Origin: Haliotis rufescens
Taxonomy: Eukaryota
Reading direction: 5' to 3'
NCBI RefSeq assembly: GCF_023055435.1
Contig: NW_025963857.1
Span: 23,436,001-23,500,000, forward strand
DNA length: 64,000 nt
In this document: positions 38,180-51,565 of the stretch, one piece after another
Layout of the letters: the number at the start of each line of letters is the position of its first letter
Numbering within the stretch: the first letter of the stretch is position 1
The notes under the pieces: model-generated
What the model saw: only the letters and a program-made list of their open reading frames with translations
What the model was told of the DNA's origin: nothing
Database searches by the model: none
Translations under genes and position numbers: made by a program

Positions 38180-41100
38180 TTTGAGTATCTATTGAGTAAC
38201 GGGAAAATTATTGTCAAGAAAGGTAAAATAGCATGTTATCGTTACTCATCTGGTAAATTCAGTTCACACCACTCATTGTGAATTATGTTATCAGTTTTGC
38301 TTTCACCCGCATTCATATATTTCTCAATTTACAAGAACGTCTTATGTTACATATTCGGACTTTTATGAATTGGCTCAACATAAAGATTGAAAACAGCCTG
38401 ATGCGCAGCAGATGAATCAAAAATTAAAAGTATACATATATATCACAAGCAAAATTTAAATTAGTACTTGCAGTTTGGTCTTTACTCGTATCTGTGTCTC
38501 AACGGCAGGTGAAGATAAGAGATGATGGAACAGTTTCCCCCGTCCTTTATATATACCATTTGTGAATTATACGTGATTGATTTACCTTGGGCTGACCACT
38601 TCCAGGTAAGTAACGCACCTCAGCTTAATGGTGTAAAGTAAGCATTCTTTTCGCATCAAAGGGCCCGAGGTTATCACCCTACGGGTACACATGCGAGCTG
38701 GTATCCATGAACATCGATTAAGGAAGTACAAGACAACGTATATAAAGGTGGCAAACAGACACACTCTCTCTGGCATCGTCGAACTGCATTTCAAACAGTC
38801 CTCGATACTCAATGTTTAACCTATATTATTTAGGGGCGGTCGGGTAGCCTAGTGGTTAAAGCGTTCGCTCGTTACGCCGAAGACACGGGTTCGATTTCCG
38901 ACATGGGTACAATGTGTGTAGCCCATTGCTGGTGTCCCCCGCCGTGATATTGCTGGAATATTGCTAAAAGTGGCGTAAAACCATACTCACTCACTCACTT
39001 TAACCTATATTAAGTAAATATTCGATAATGGTCTGAAAAGTGTGTATCCAGTAAATATATGATGTGGGAGCAACATACATCAGACATTATAATGCATCTG
39101 TGTGATACGACATAACATGAGACCAGAAAACTGACGCAACACACCAGTACAGCCTCGCCACAGTACAGCAGTAGCACTGTACCACACGAGGTCAACTATG
39201 CTAACCGTTTCCGTGTAATACAGCAGCCTGCTCACAAGAAAATAGCTTCTGCTGAATATACTGCAGAAGTCCCCAGATACTACATTATTCTCCCCGAATT
39301 TTATTTATCTTACTGCACAATAACTATAAACTACAACAGCTTTATTTCCTAACTGAAAGGGACATATATTGGTTTCTTCTCACAAAGGGACTGTCACTAT
39401 GAATACTCACAACACCTTTATATGTGTTTAGTATCTGTTAAAAGCCGAAAGTACACCAGTGTCTTCTGAAAACATGATTGACATATGAACAACAGCTTGT
39501 TTTCTCGTCTTTGTTGACTTGTCTTTGTATGTGTTTGTGACGGTAGAACCGATGGGGCAGGATACGCTTACTTTTTGGCAACCGCCAGGTATCATCACTA
39601 TCTGGTTGGTTAGTTGGTTGGTTGGTTGTTTAACGCTGCACTCAGCAATATATTACTGCTATATGACGGCGGTCTGTAAATAATCGAGTCTGGACCAGAC
39701 AATCCAGTGATTAAAATCATTAGCATCGATCCACCCAATTGGGATCGATGACATGCATCAACCAAGTCAGCGAGCCTGACCACCCGATCCCGTTAGTCGC
39801 CTTTTACGACAAGCATAGTCACCTTTTACGGCAAGCATGGGTTGCTGAAGACCTATATATTCTACCCCGGAATCCACTATCTGATAGTCATTCATACGCA
39901 CATGCTTGTGATCATTATAGTCGGAATCGTACAATGGTCTCTGCTTCGAGCAGAGCTTTCGAATGATTCTGAAAAGGGTTTTGTGGCGTTTATTTGCAAC
40001 TGCGTTTCTTGAGAGAACTCTCTTATCTTCAACATATCATCTTGATAATTGTACACTTCATTATCAAGGAATTTGTGATAATACGAGCATCACTAAATTT
40101 GATATCTCAACTTTTATAGATAACGCCTGAATATTGATATAATAATCATTCAATGATGACCCTTTAACTACATAAATCGTCAACGACAGAGAATATTCAG
40201 GCTCGATTATCTGTTGAAACAGATTTCATTGGGTGTAAAAGGCAAGATTGTGCTAAAATGTATACTGAATATCAGTGATGTCACCAGGTGTTAGTGAATA
40301 GTTCATATTTGTTGGATGTTTCATGAGCTCCTCCGTCCGTTCCATCGTGTGCCAAATTGGGAGAATGTTGTCTTTTGACAATGTCTCAGCCATTCATACT
40401 TTTGCATATATACTTAATCACTGTTGCAAATAACTCACTTTAACGTGTTTTAATCTTCGGCTGAGTCTTAGGTCGTAAACATTAGAAGAAAGTATATAAA
40501 TCGTCTCTACCCTTTACGTATGCCCTTGACATGATGAAGCAGTAGTGATAGTGATGATTGTGTTCTTTTAAGTCGTGTTTAGACCAAAACTCTTACCAAG
40601 AAATAAACACGCGCAAATCAGTTTGACAATGTGTAACTATATAAGGGTTGCCCAGAAAAACCGTACATCTAAAAGTAAAGACGTGTGTTTTCAGAAGAAA
40701 ATGCTCTTAAAGTATAACACAAAGGTGTTTTCAAAGATAGACATGATCAAACGACTTGTTTTTACAGTCTGGTTGTTGTTATAAAGACTTATGACACGCT
40801 TTAAAGTTGGACCATTTATTCCGCTGAATTTCACTCTCTACAGTTACCAAATGCAATCTCCTTTGTATTGATAAATGATTGTCACTTCTGCTTTGTAATC
40901 AAACAATAGGGATATATTAGCTATTTGTTTGTTCATTGTAATCTTCAATCCTACCAATCCAGTTCGGAATCTTCAAATTCGCGCTCTGATTTAATCAATA
41001 TGTATTTTACAAATAGCGCCTACAGGGAAGGTGGTTAGTAAACACACAACTAAATATCTATATAGATACTTCTCCTATTAATTACATAAGCAGTATGCAA

Positions 41101-42027
41101 AATGTTAAATTGCATCATCAAATCAAGAAGTACATGTTTGATGGAAATTACAAATAATTCGTAGTTTGATAAGCTATACCCGGACAAGCGTATTTAATAG
41201 ATACTTTTGAATTCAATCGTTTTGTTTGTGTAATTGATAAACTGTAAAGATATGTTATTGTCATGGAAATTCCAACTGTATGCATTCCCTTCTAACCAAA
41301 GCAGTAAGAATCTTGCAACATTTGTTTTGATGCTCTACATCACTATGGCTTTCGGGTTTGTTTTATTGCAGCAGCTCAGATATTATTTATACAAAGCGCC
41401 ATAACAACATGTAGATTGTATTCTGAATACAACTTTCGCTCATTTTCAAGGACAGCGCACACATTTGCATTTCAATACAGTGCACACTGTCTACCCCTTG
41501 ATACCGTCAATGACTGCTTTGACAAAAATTGACACGCTTGCTTATTTGTTTCGCTGCATGTTTTTAAAATGCAAATTGAAATACAGACAGCCAATTCCAG
41601 ATATTATGGTACTTCAAATGGCCATCAAACCCTTTCCTGGCAGCCCAAATGATACATTCCCGTGAAACATGAACTCGGGTAAGTGACATTTGGTGGGAGA
41701 TATATCAAGCATAAAATCCCTCCTCTTATCATCATGTCCGGTTTCCTCAGGAACTTAATAGCACATTTCAGTAGTTGATATCTTAGCTAGCAGTAAAACG
41801 CAATATCATTGAAGTGTGCTTGGATATTGGTCGACAACACGTACTATGTCCAGAGTTTACAATATGGAGAAACATAGATCACTCTTCCATTGTGAACATT
41901 CAATTCAGATTAAGATTTTCAAACAAATTTCAAGGCGTAAATAAATATGACAAGATTTTATTGAACCAATTCCATTGGTTTGAGAAAATACATAAATAGC
42001 CAGCATCACACTGCAGGTGATAATAAC

Positions 42028-42653
42028 TCAATAATAGCCGATACCTGAAACAAAAAAATAGTAGAATAAAGTTGGGATGTATGGATAAGTCACAACGAAG
42101 TCTTGAAACTAGCTGCATGATAAACTATACCAAATATTAGAGAAAGCAGAGAATAGTTTTAAAGATGTTTTGTAAATGTCATCAGCTTTGTCGCTGAAAA
42201 TAGTAATACCACATAGGTAAATTATGCAATTTTACAAACGAGACTGGAGGTATATTTACGGATACGATAAACAAATGATATCATATTTTGTGAAATACCT
42301 TTTCCCAATCCAATTCCGTATCCTCCCATTCCGTAGAGACCACCATAGCCCCCGAGTCCTCCGTACAGACCTCCCATGCCGTATCCGTATTTGCCTCCGT
42401 ATAGACCTCCCATGCCTCCGTATATACCTCCCATGCCTCCGTATAGACCTCCCATGCCTCCGTATAGACCTCCATAGCCTCCAAGACCTCCAAGACCTCC
42501 AAGACCTCCAAGGCCTCCGTACAATCCACCCATTCCGTAGCCAATTCCGCCCAGTCCTCCTTTCAACCCGCCAATTCCACCATACAGACCGGTAGGCTCG
42601 GCAAAGGCGGTAACAGCCAGGCAGGCAACAAGAGCGGCGACTATCTTCATCAT
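42028..42653 (-). CDS. Secreted Gly/Tyr-rich protein, copy 8, 123 aa (+GGL); exons 42299..42653 and 42028..42044
   Basis: One extra 9-bp CCTCCAAGA repeat, in frame. Confidence 0.9.
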
Positions 42654-45600
42654 TTTGAGTATCTATTGAGTAACGGGAAAATTATTGTCAAGAAAGGTAA
42701 AATAGCATGTTATCGTTACTCATCTGGTAAATTCAGTTCACACCACTCATTGTGAATTATGTTATCAGTTTTGCTTTCACCCGCATTCATATATTTCTCA
42801 ATTTACAAGAACGTCTTATGTTACATATTCGGACTTTTATGAATTGGCTCAACATAAAGATTGAAAACAGCCTGATGCGCAGCAGATGAATCAAAAATTA
42901 AAAGTATACATATATATCACAAGCAAAATTTAAATTAGTACTTGCAGTTTGGTCTTTACTCGTATCTGTGTCTCAACGGCAGGTGAAGATAAGAGATGAT
43001 GGAACAGTTTCCCCCGTCCTTTATATATACCATTTGTGAATTATACGTGATTGATTTACCTTGGGCTGACCACTTCCAGGTAAGTAACGCACCTCAGCTT
43101 AATGGTGTAAAGTAAGCATTCTTTTCGCATCAAAGGGCCCGAGGTTATCACCCTACGGGTACACATGCGAGCTGGTATCCATGAACATCGATTAAGGAAG
43201 TACAAGACAACGTATATAAAGGTGGCAAACAGACACACTCTCTCTGGCATCGTCGAACTGCATTTCAAACAGTCCTCGATACTCAATGTTTAACCTATAT
43301 TATTTAGGGGCGGTCGGGTAGCCTAGTGGTTAAAGCGTTCGCTCGTTACGCCGAAGACACGGGTTCGATTTCCGACATGGGTACAATGTGTGTAGCCCAT
43401 TGCTGGTGTCCCCCGCCGTGATATTGCTGGAATATTGCTAAAAGTGGCGTAAAACCATACTCACTCACTCACTTTAACCTATATTAAGTAAATATTCGAT
43501 AATGGTCTGAAAAGTGTGTATCCAGTAAATATATGATGTGGGAGCAACATACATCAGACATTATAATGCATCTGTGTGATACGACATAACATGAGACCAG
43601 AAAACTGACGCAACACACCAGTACAGCCTCGCCACAGTACAGCAGTAGCACTGTACCACACGAGGTCAACTATGCTAACCGTTTCCGTGTAATACAGCAG
43701 CCTGCTCACAAGAAAATAGCTTCTGCTGAATATACTGCAGAAGTCCCCAGATACTACGTTATTCTCCCCGAATTTTATTTATCTTACTGCACAATAACTA
43801 TAAACTACAACAGCTTTATTTCCTAACTGAAAGGGACATATATTGGTTTCTTCTCACAAAGGGACTGTCACTATGAATACTCACAACACCTTTATATGTG
43901 TGTAGTATCTGTTAAAAGCCGAAAGTACACCAGTGTCTTCTGAAAACATGATTGACATATGAACAACAGCTTGTTTTCTCGTCTTTGTTGACTTGTCTTT
44001 GTATGTGTTTGTGACGGTGGAACCGATGGGGCAGGATACGCTTACTTTTTGGCAACCGCCAGGTATCATCACTATCTGGTTGGTTAGTTGGTTGGTTGGT
44101 TGTTTAACGCTGCACTCAGCAATATATTACTGCTATATGACGGCGGTCTGTAAATAATCGAGTCTGGACCAGACAATCCAGTGATTAAAATCATTAGCAT
44201 CGATCCACCCAATTGGGATCGATGACATGCATCAACCAAGTCAGCGAGCCTGACCACCCGATCCCGTTAGTCGCCTTTTACGACAAGCATAGTCACCTTT
44301 TACGGCAAGCATGGGTTGCTGAAGACCTATATATTCTACCCCGGAATCCACTATCTGATAGTCATTCATACGCACATGCTTGTGATCATTATAGTCGGAA
44401 TCGTACAATGGCCTCTGCTTCGAGCAGAGCTTTCGAATGATTCTGAAAAGGGTTTTGTGGCGTTTATTTGCAACTGCGTTTCTTGAGAGAACTCTCTTAT
44501 CTTCAACATATCATCTTGATAATTGTACACTTCATTATCAAGGAATTTGTGATTATACGAGCATCACTAAATTTGATATCTCAACTTTTATAGATAACGC
44601 CTGAATATTGATATAATAATCATTCAATGATGACCCTTTAGCTACATAAATCGTCAACGACAGAGAATATTCAGGCTCGATTATCTGTTGAAACAGATTT
44701 CATTGGGTGTAAAAGGCAAGATTGTGCTAAAATGTATACTGAATATCAGTGATGTCACCAGGTGTTAGTGAATAGTTCATATTTGTTGGATGTTTCATGA
44801 GCTCCTCCGTCCGTTCCATCGTGTGCCAAATTGGGAGAATGTTGTCTTTTGACAATGTCTCAGCCATTCATACTTTTGCATATATACTTAATCACTGTTG
44901 CAAATAACTCACGTTAACGTGTTTTAATCTTCGGCTGAGTCTTAGGTCGTAAACATTAGAAGAAAGTATATAAATCGTCTCTACCCTTTACGTATGCCCT
45001 TGACATGATGAAGCAGTAGTGATAGTGATGATTGTGTTCTTTTAAGTCGTGTTTAGACCAAAACTCTTACCAAGAATAAAACACGCGCAAATCAGTTTGA
45101 CAATGTGTAACTATATAAGGGTTGCCCAGAAAAACCGTACATCTAAAAGTAAAGACGTGTGTTTTCAGAAGAAAATGCTCTTAAAGTATAACACAAAGGT
45201 GTTTTCAAAGATAGACATGATCAAACGACTTGTTTTTACAGTCTGGTTGTTGTTATAAAGACTTATGACACGCTTTAAAGTTGGACCATTTATTCCGCTG
45301 AATTTCACTCTCTACAGTTACCAAATGCAATCTCCTTTGTATTGATAAATGATTGTCACTTCTGCTTTGTAATCAAACAAAAGGGATATATTAGCTATTT
45401 GTTTGTTCATTGTAATCTTCAATCCTACCAATCCAGTTCGGAATCTTCAAATTCGCGCTCTGATTTAATCAATATGTATTTTACAAATAGCGCCTACAGG
45501 GAAGGTGGTTAGTAAACACACAACTAAATATCTATATAGATACTTCTCCTATTAATTACATAAGCAGTATGCAAAATGTTAAATTGCATCATCAAATCAA

Positions 45601-46501
45601 GAAGTACATGTTTGATGGAAATTACAAATAATTCGTAGTTTGATAAGCTATACCCGGACAAGCGTATTTAATAGATACTTTTGAATTCAATCGTTTTGTT
45701 TGTGTAATTGATAAACTGTAAAGATATGTTATTGTCATGGAAATTCCAACTGTATGCATTCCCTTCTAACCAAAGCAGTAAGAATCTTGCAACATTTGTT
45801 TTGATGCTCTACATCACTATGGCTTTCGGGTTTGTTTTATTGCAGCAGCTCAGATATTATTTATACAAAGCGCCATAACAACATGTAGATTGTATTCTGA
45901 ATACAACTTTCGCTCATTTTCAAGGACAGCGCACACATTTGCATTTCAATACAGTGCACACTGTCTACCCCTTGATACCGTCAATGACTGCTTTGACAAA
46001 AATTGACACGCCTGCTTATTTGTTTCGCTGCATGTTTTTAAAATGCAAATTGAAATACAGACAGCCAATTCCAGATATTATGGTACTTCAAATGGCCATC
46101 AAACCCTTTCCTGGCAGCCCAAATGATACATTCCCGTGAAACATGAACTCGGGTAAGTGACATTTGGTGGGAGATATATCAAGCATAAAATCCCTCCTCT
46201 TATCATCATGTCCGGTTTCCTCAGGAACTTAATAGCACATTTCAGTAGTTGATATCTTAGCTAGCAGTAAAACGCAATATCATTGAAGTGTGCTTGGATA
46301 TTGGTCGACAACACGTACTATGTCCAGAGTTTACAATATGGAGAAACATAGATCACTCTTCCATTGTGAACATTCAATTCAGATTAAGATTTTCAAACAA
46401 ATTTCAAGGCGTAAATAAATATGACAAGATTTTATTGAACCAATTCCATTGGTTTGAGAAAATACATAAATAGCCAGCATCACACTGCAGGTGATAATAA
46501 C

Positions 46502-47109
46502 TCAATAATAGCCGATACCTGAAACAAAAAAATAGTAGAATAAAGTTGGGATGTATGGATAAGTCACAACGAAGTCTTGAAACTAGCTGCATGATAAACT
46601 ATACCAAATATTAGAGAAAGCAGAGAATAGTTTTAAAGATGTTTTGTAAATGTCATCAGCTTTGTCGCTGAAAATAGTAATACCACATAGGTAAATTATG
46701 CAATTTTGCAAACGAGACTGGAGGTATATTTACGGATACGATAAACAAATGATATCATATTTTGTGAAATACCTTTTCCCAATCCAATTCCGTATCCTCC
46801 CATTCCGTAGAGACCACCATAGCCCCCGAGTCCTCCGTACAGACCTCCCATGCCGTATCCGTATTTGCCTCCGTATAGACCTCCCATGCCTCCGTATATA
46901 CCTCCCATGCCTCCGTATAGACCTCCCATGCCTCCGTATAGACCTCCATAGCCTCCAAGACCTCCAAGGCCTCCGTACAATCCACCCATTCCGTAGCCAA
47001 TTCCGCCCAGTCCTCCTTTCAACCCGCCAATTCCACCATACAGACCGGTAGGCTCGGCAAAGGCGGTAACAGCCAGGCAGGCAACAAGAGCGGCGACTAT
47101 CTTCATCAT
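46502..47109 (-). CDS. Secreted Gly/Tyr-rich protein, copy 9, 117 aa (-GGL); exons 46773..47109 and 46502..46518
   Basis: One fewer 9-bp repeat, in frame. Confidence 0.9.
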
Positions 47110-50100
47110 TTTGAGTATCTATTGAGTAACGGGAAAATTATTGTCAAGAAAGGTAAAATAGCATGTTATCGTTACTCATCTGGTAAATTCAGTTCACACC
47201 ACTCATTGTGAATTATGTTATCAGTTTTGCTTTCACCCGCATTCATATATTTCTCAATTTACAAGAACGTCTTATGTTACATATTCGGACTTTTATGAAT
47301 TGGCTCAACATAAAGATTGAAAACAGCCTGATGCGCAGCAGATGAATCAAAAATTAAAAGTATACATATATATCACAAGCAAAATTTAAATTAGTACTTG
47401 CAGTTTGGTCTTTACTCGTATCTGTGTCTCAACGGCAGGTGAAGATAAGAGATGATGGAACAGTTTCCCCCGTCCTTTATATATACCATTTGTGAATTAT
47501 ACGTGATTGATTTACCTTGGGCTGACCACTTCCAGGTAAGTAACGCACCTCAGCTTAATGGTGTAAAGTAAGCATTCTTTTCGCATCAAAGGGCCCGAGG
47601 TTATCACCCTACGGGTACACATGCGAGCTGGTATCCATGAACATCGATTAAGGAAGTACAAGACAACGTATATAAAGGTGGCAAACAGACACACTCTCTC
47701 TGGCATCGTCGAACTGCATTTCAAACAGTCCTCGATACTCAATGTTTAACCTATATTATTTAGGGGCGGTCGGGTAGCCTAGTGGTTAAAGCGTTCGCTC
47801 GTTACGCCGAAGACACGGGTTCGATTTCCGACATGGGTACAATGTGTGTAGCCCATTGCTGGTGTCCCCCGCCGTGATATTGCTGGAATATTGCTAAAAG
47901 TGGCGTAAAACCATACTCACTCACTCACTTTAACCTATATTAAGTAAATATTCGATAATGGTCTGAAAAGTGTGTATCCAGTAAATATATGATGTGGGAG
48001 CAACATACATCAGACATTATAATGCATCTGTGTGATACGACATAACATGAGACCAGAAAACTGACGCAACACACCAGTACAGCCTCGCCACAGTACAGCA
48101 GTAGCACTGTACCACACGAGGTCAACTATGCTAACCGTTTCCGTGTAATACAGCAGCCTGCTCACAAGAAAATAGCTTCTGCTGAATATACTGCAGAAGT
48201 CCCCAGATACTACGTTATTCTCCCCGAATTTTATTTATCTTACTGCACAATAACTATAAACTACAACAGCTTTATTTCCTAACTGAAAGGGACATATATT
48301 GGTTTCTTCTCACAAAGGGACTGTCACTATGAATACTCACAACACCTTTATATGTGTGTAGTATCTGTTAAAAGCCGAAAGTACACCAGTGTCTTCTGAA
48401 AACATGATTGACATATGAACAACAGCTTGTTTTCTCGTCTTTGTTGACTTGTCTTTGTATGTGTTTGTGACGGTAGAACCGATGGGGCAGGATACGCTTA
48501 CTTTTTGGCAACCGCCAGGTATCATCACTATCTGGTTGGTTAGTTGGTTGGTTGGTTGTTTAACGCTGCACTCAGCAATATATTACTGCTATATGACGGC
48601 GGTCTGTAAATAATCGAGTCTGGACCAGACAATCCAGTGATTAAAATCATTAGCATCGATCCACCCAATTGGGATCGATGACATGCATCAACCAAGTCAG
48701 CGAGCCTGACCACCCGATCCCGTTAGTCGCCTTTTACGACAAGCATAGTCACCTTTTACGGCAAGCATGGGTTGCTGAAGACCTATATATTCTACCCCGG
48801 AATCCACTATCTGATAGTCATTCATACGCACATGCTTGTGATCATTATAGTCGGAATCGTACAATGGCCTCTGCTTCGAGCAGAGCTTTCGAATGATTCT
48901 GAAAAGGGTTTTGTGGCGTTTATTTGCAACTGCGTTTCTTGAGAGAACTCTCTTATCTTCAACATATCATCTTGATAATTGTACACTTCATTATCAAGGA
49001 ATTTGTGATTATACGAGCATCACTAAATTTGATATCTCAACTTTTATAGATAACGCCTGAATATTGATATAATAATCATTCAATGATGACCCTTTAGCTA
49101 CATAAATCGTCAACGACAGAGAATATTCAGGCTCGATTATCTGTTGAAACAGATTTCATTGGGTGTAAAAGGCAAGATTGTGCTAAAATGTATACTGAAT
49201 ATCAGTGATGTCACCAGGTGTTAGTGAATAGTTCATATTTGTTGGATGTTTCATGAGCTCCTCCGTCCGTTCCATCGTGTGCCAAATTGGGAGAATGTTG
49301 TCTTTTGACAATGTCTCAGCCATTCATACTTTTGCATATATACTTAATCACTGTTGCAAATAACTCACGTTAACGTGTTTTAATCTTCGGCTGAGTCTTA
49401 GGTCGTAAACATTAGAAGAAAGTATATAAATCGTCTCTACCCTTTACGTATGCCCTTGACATGATGAAGCAGTAGTGATAGTGATGATTGTGTTCTTTTA
49501 AGTCGTGTTTAGACCAAAACTCTTACCAAGAATAAAACACGCGCAAATCAGTTTGACAATGTGTAACTATATAAGGGTTGCCCAGAAAAACCGTACATCT
49601 AAAAGTAAAGACGTGTGTTTTCAGAAGAAAATGCTCTTAAAGTATAACACAAAGGTGTTTTCAAAGATAGACATGATCAAACGACTTGTTTTTACAGTCT
49701 GGTTGTTGTTATAAAGACTTATGACACGCTTTAAAGTTGGACCATTTATTCCGCTGAATTTCACTCTCTACAGTTACCAAATGCAATCTCCTTTGTATTG
49801 ATAAATGATTGTCACTTCTGCTTTGTAATCAAACAAAAGGGATATATTAGCTATTTGTTTGTTCATTGTAATCTTCAATCCTACCAATCCAGTTCGGAAT
49901 CTTCAAATTCGCGCTCTGATTTAATCAATATGTATTTTACAAATAGCGCCTACAGGGAAGGTGGTTAGTAAACACACAACTAAATATCTATATAGATACT
50001 TCTCCTATTAATTACATAAGCAGTATGCAAAATGTTAAATTGCATCATCAAATCAAGAAGTACATGTTTGATGGAAATTACAAATAATTCGTAGTTTGAT

Positions 50101-50957
50101 AAGCTATACCCGGACAAGCGTATTTAATAGATACTTTTGAATTCAATCGTTTTGTTTGTGTAATTGATAAACTGTAAAGATATGTTATTGTCATGGAAAT
50201 TCCAACTGTATGCATTCCCTTCTAACCAAAGCAGTAAGAATCTTGCAACATTTGTTTTGATGCTCTACATCACTATGGCTTTCGGGTTTGTTTTATTGCA
50301 GCAGCTCAGATATTATTTATACAAAGCGCCATAACAACATGTAGATTGTATTCTGAATACAACTTTCGCTCATTTTCAAGGACAGCGCACACATTTGCAT
50401 TTCAATACAGTGCACACTGTCTACCCCTTGATACCGTCAATGACTGCTTTGACAAAAATTGACACGCCTGCTTATTTGTTTCGCTGCATGTTTTTAAAAT
50501 GCAAATTGAAATACAGACAGCCAATTCCAGATATTATGGTACTTCAAATGGCCATCAAACCCTTTCCTGGCAGCCCAAATGATACATTCCCGTGAAACAT
50601 GAACTCGGGTAAGTGACATTTGGTGGGAGATATATCAAGCATAAAATCCCTCCTCTTATCATCATGTCCGGTTTCCTCAGGAACTTAATAGCACATTTCA
50701 GTAGTTGATATCTTAGCTAGCAGTAAAACGCAATATCATTGAAGTGTGCTTGGATATTGGTCGACAACACGTACTATGTCCAGAGTTTACAATATAGAGA
50801 AACATAGATCACTCTTCCATTGTGAACATTCAATTCAGATTAAGATTTTCAAACAAATTTCAAGGCGTAAATAAATATGACAAGATTTTATTGAACCAAT
50901 TCCATTGGTTTGAGAAAATACATAAATAGCCAGCATCACACTGCAGGTGATAATAAC

Positions 50958-51565
50958 TCAATAATAGCCGATACCTGAAACAAAAAAATAGTAGAATAAA
51001 GTTGGGATGTATGGATAAGTCACAACGAAGTCTTGAAACTAGCTGCATGATAAACTATACCAAATATTAGAGAAAGCAGAGAATAGTTTTAAAGATGTTT
51101 TGTAAATGTCATCAGCTTTGTCGCTGAAAATAGTAATACCACATAGGTAAATTATGCAATTTTGCAAACGAGACTGGAGGTATATTTACGGATACGATAA
51201 ACAAATGATATCATATTTTGTGAAATACCTTTTCCCAATCCAATTCCGTATCCTCCCATTCCGTAGAGACCACCATAGCCCCCGAGTCCTCCGTACAGAC
51301 CTCCCATGCCGTATCCGTATTTGCCTCCGTATAGACCTCCCATGCCTCCGTATATACCTCCCATGCCTCCGTATAGACCTCCCATGCCTCCGTATAGACC
51401 TCCATAGCCTCCAAGACCTCCAAGGCCTCCGTACAATCCACCCATTCCGTAGCCAATTCCGCCCAGTCCTCCTTTCAACCCGCCAATTCCACCATACAGA
51501 CCGGTAGGCTCGGCAAAGGCGGTAACAGCCAGGCAGGCAACAAGAGCGGCGACTATCTTCATCAT
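50958..51565 (-). CDS. Secreted Gly/Tyr-rich protein, copy 10, 117 aa; exons 51229..51565 and 50958..50974
   Basis: As copy 9. Confidence 0.9.
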
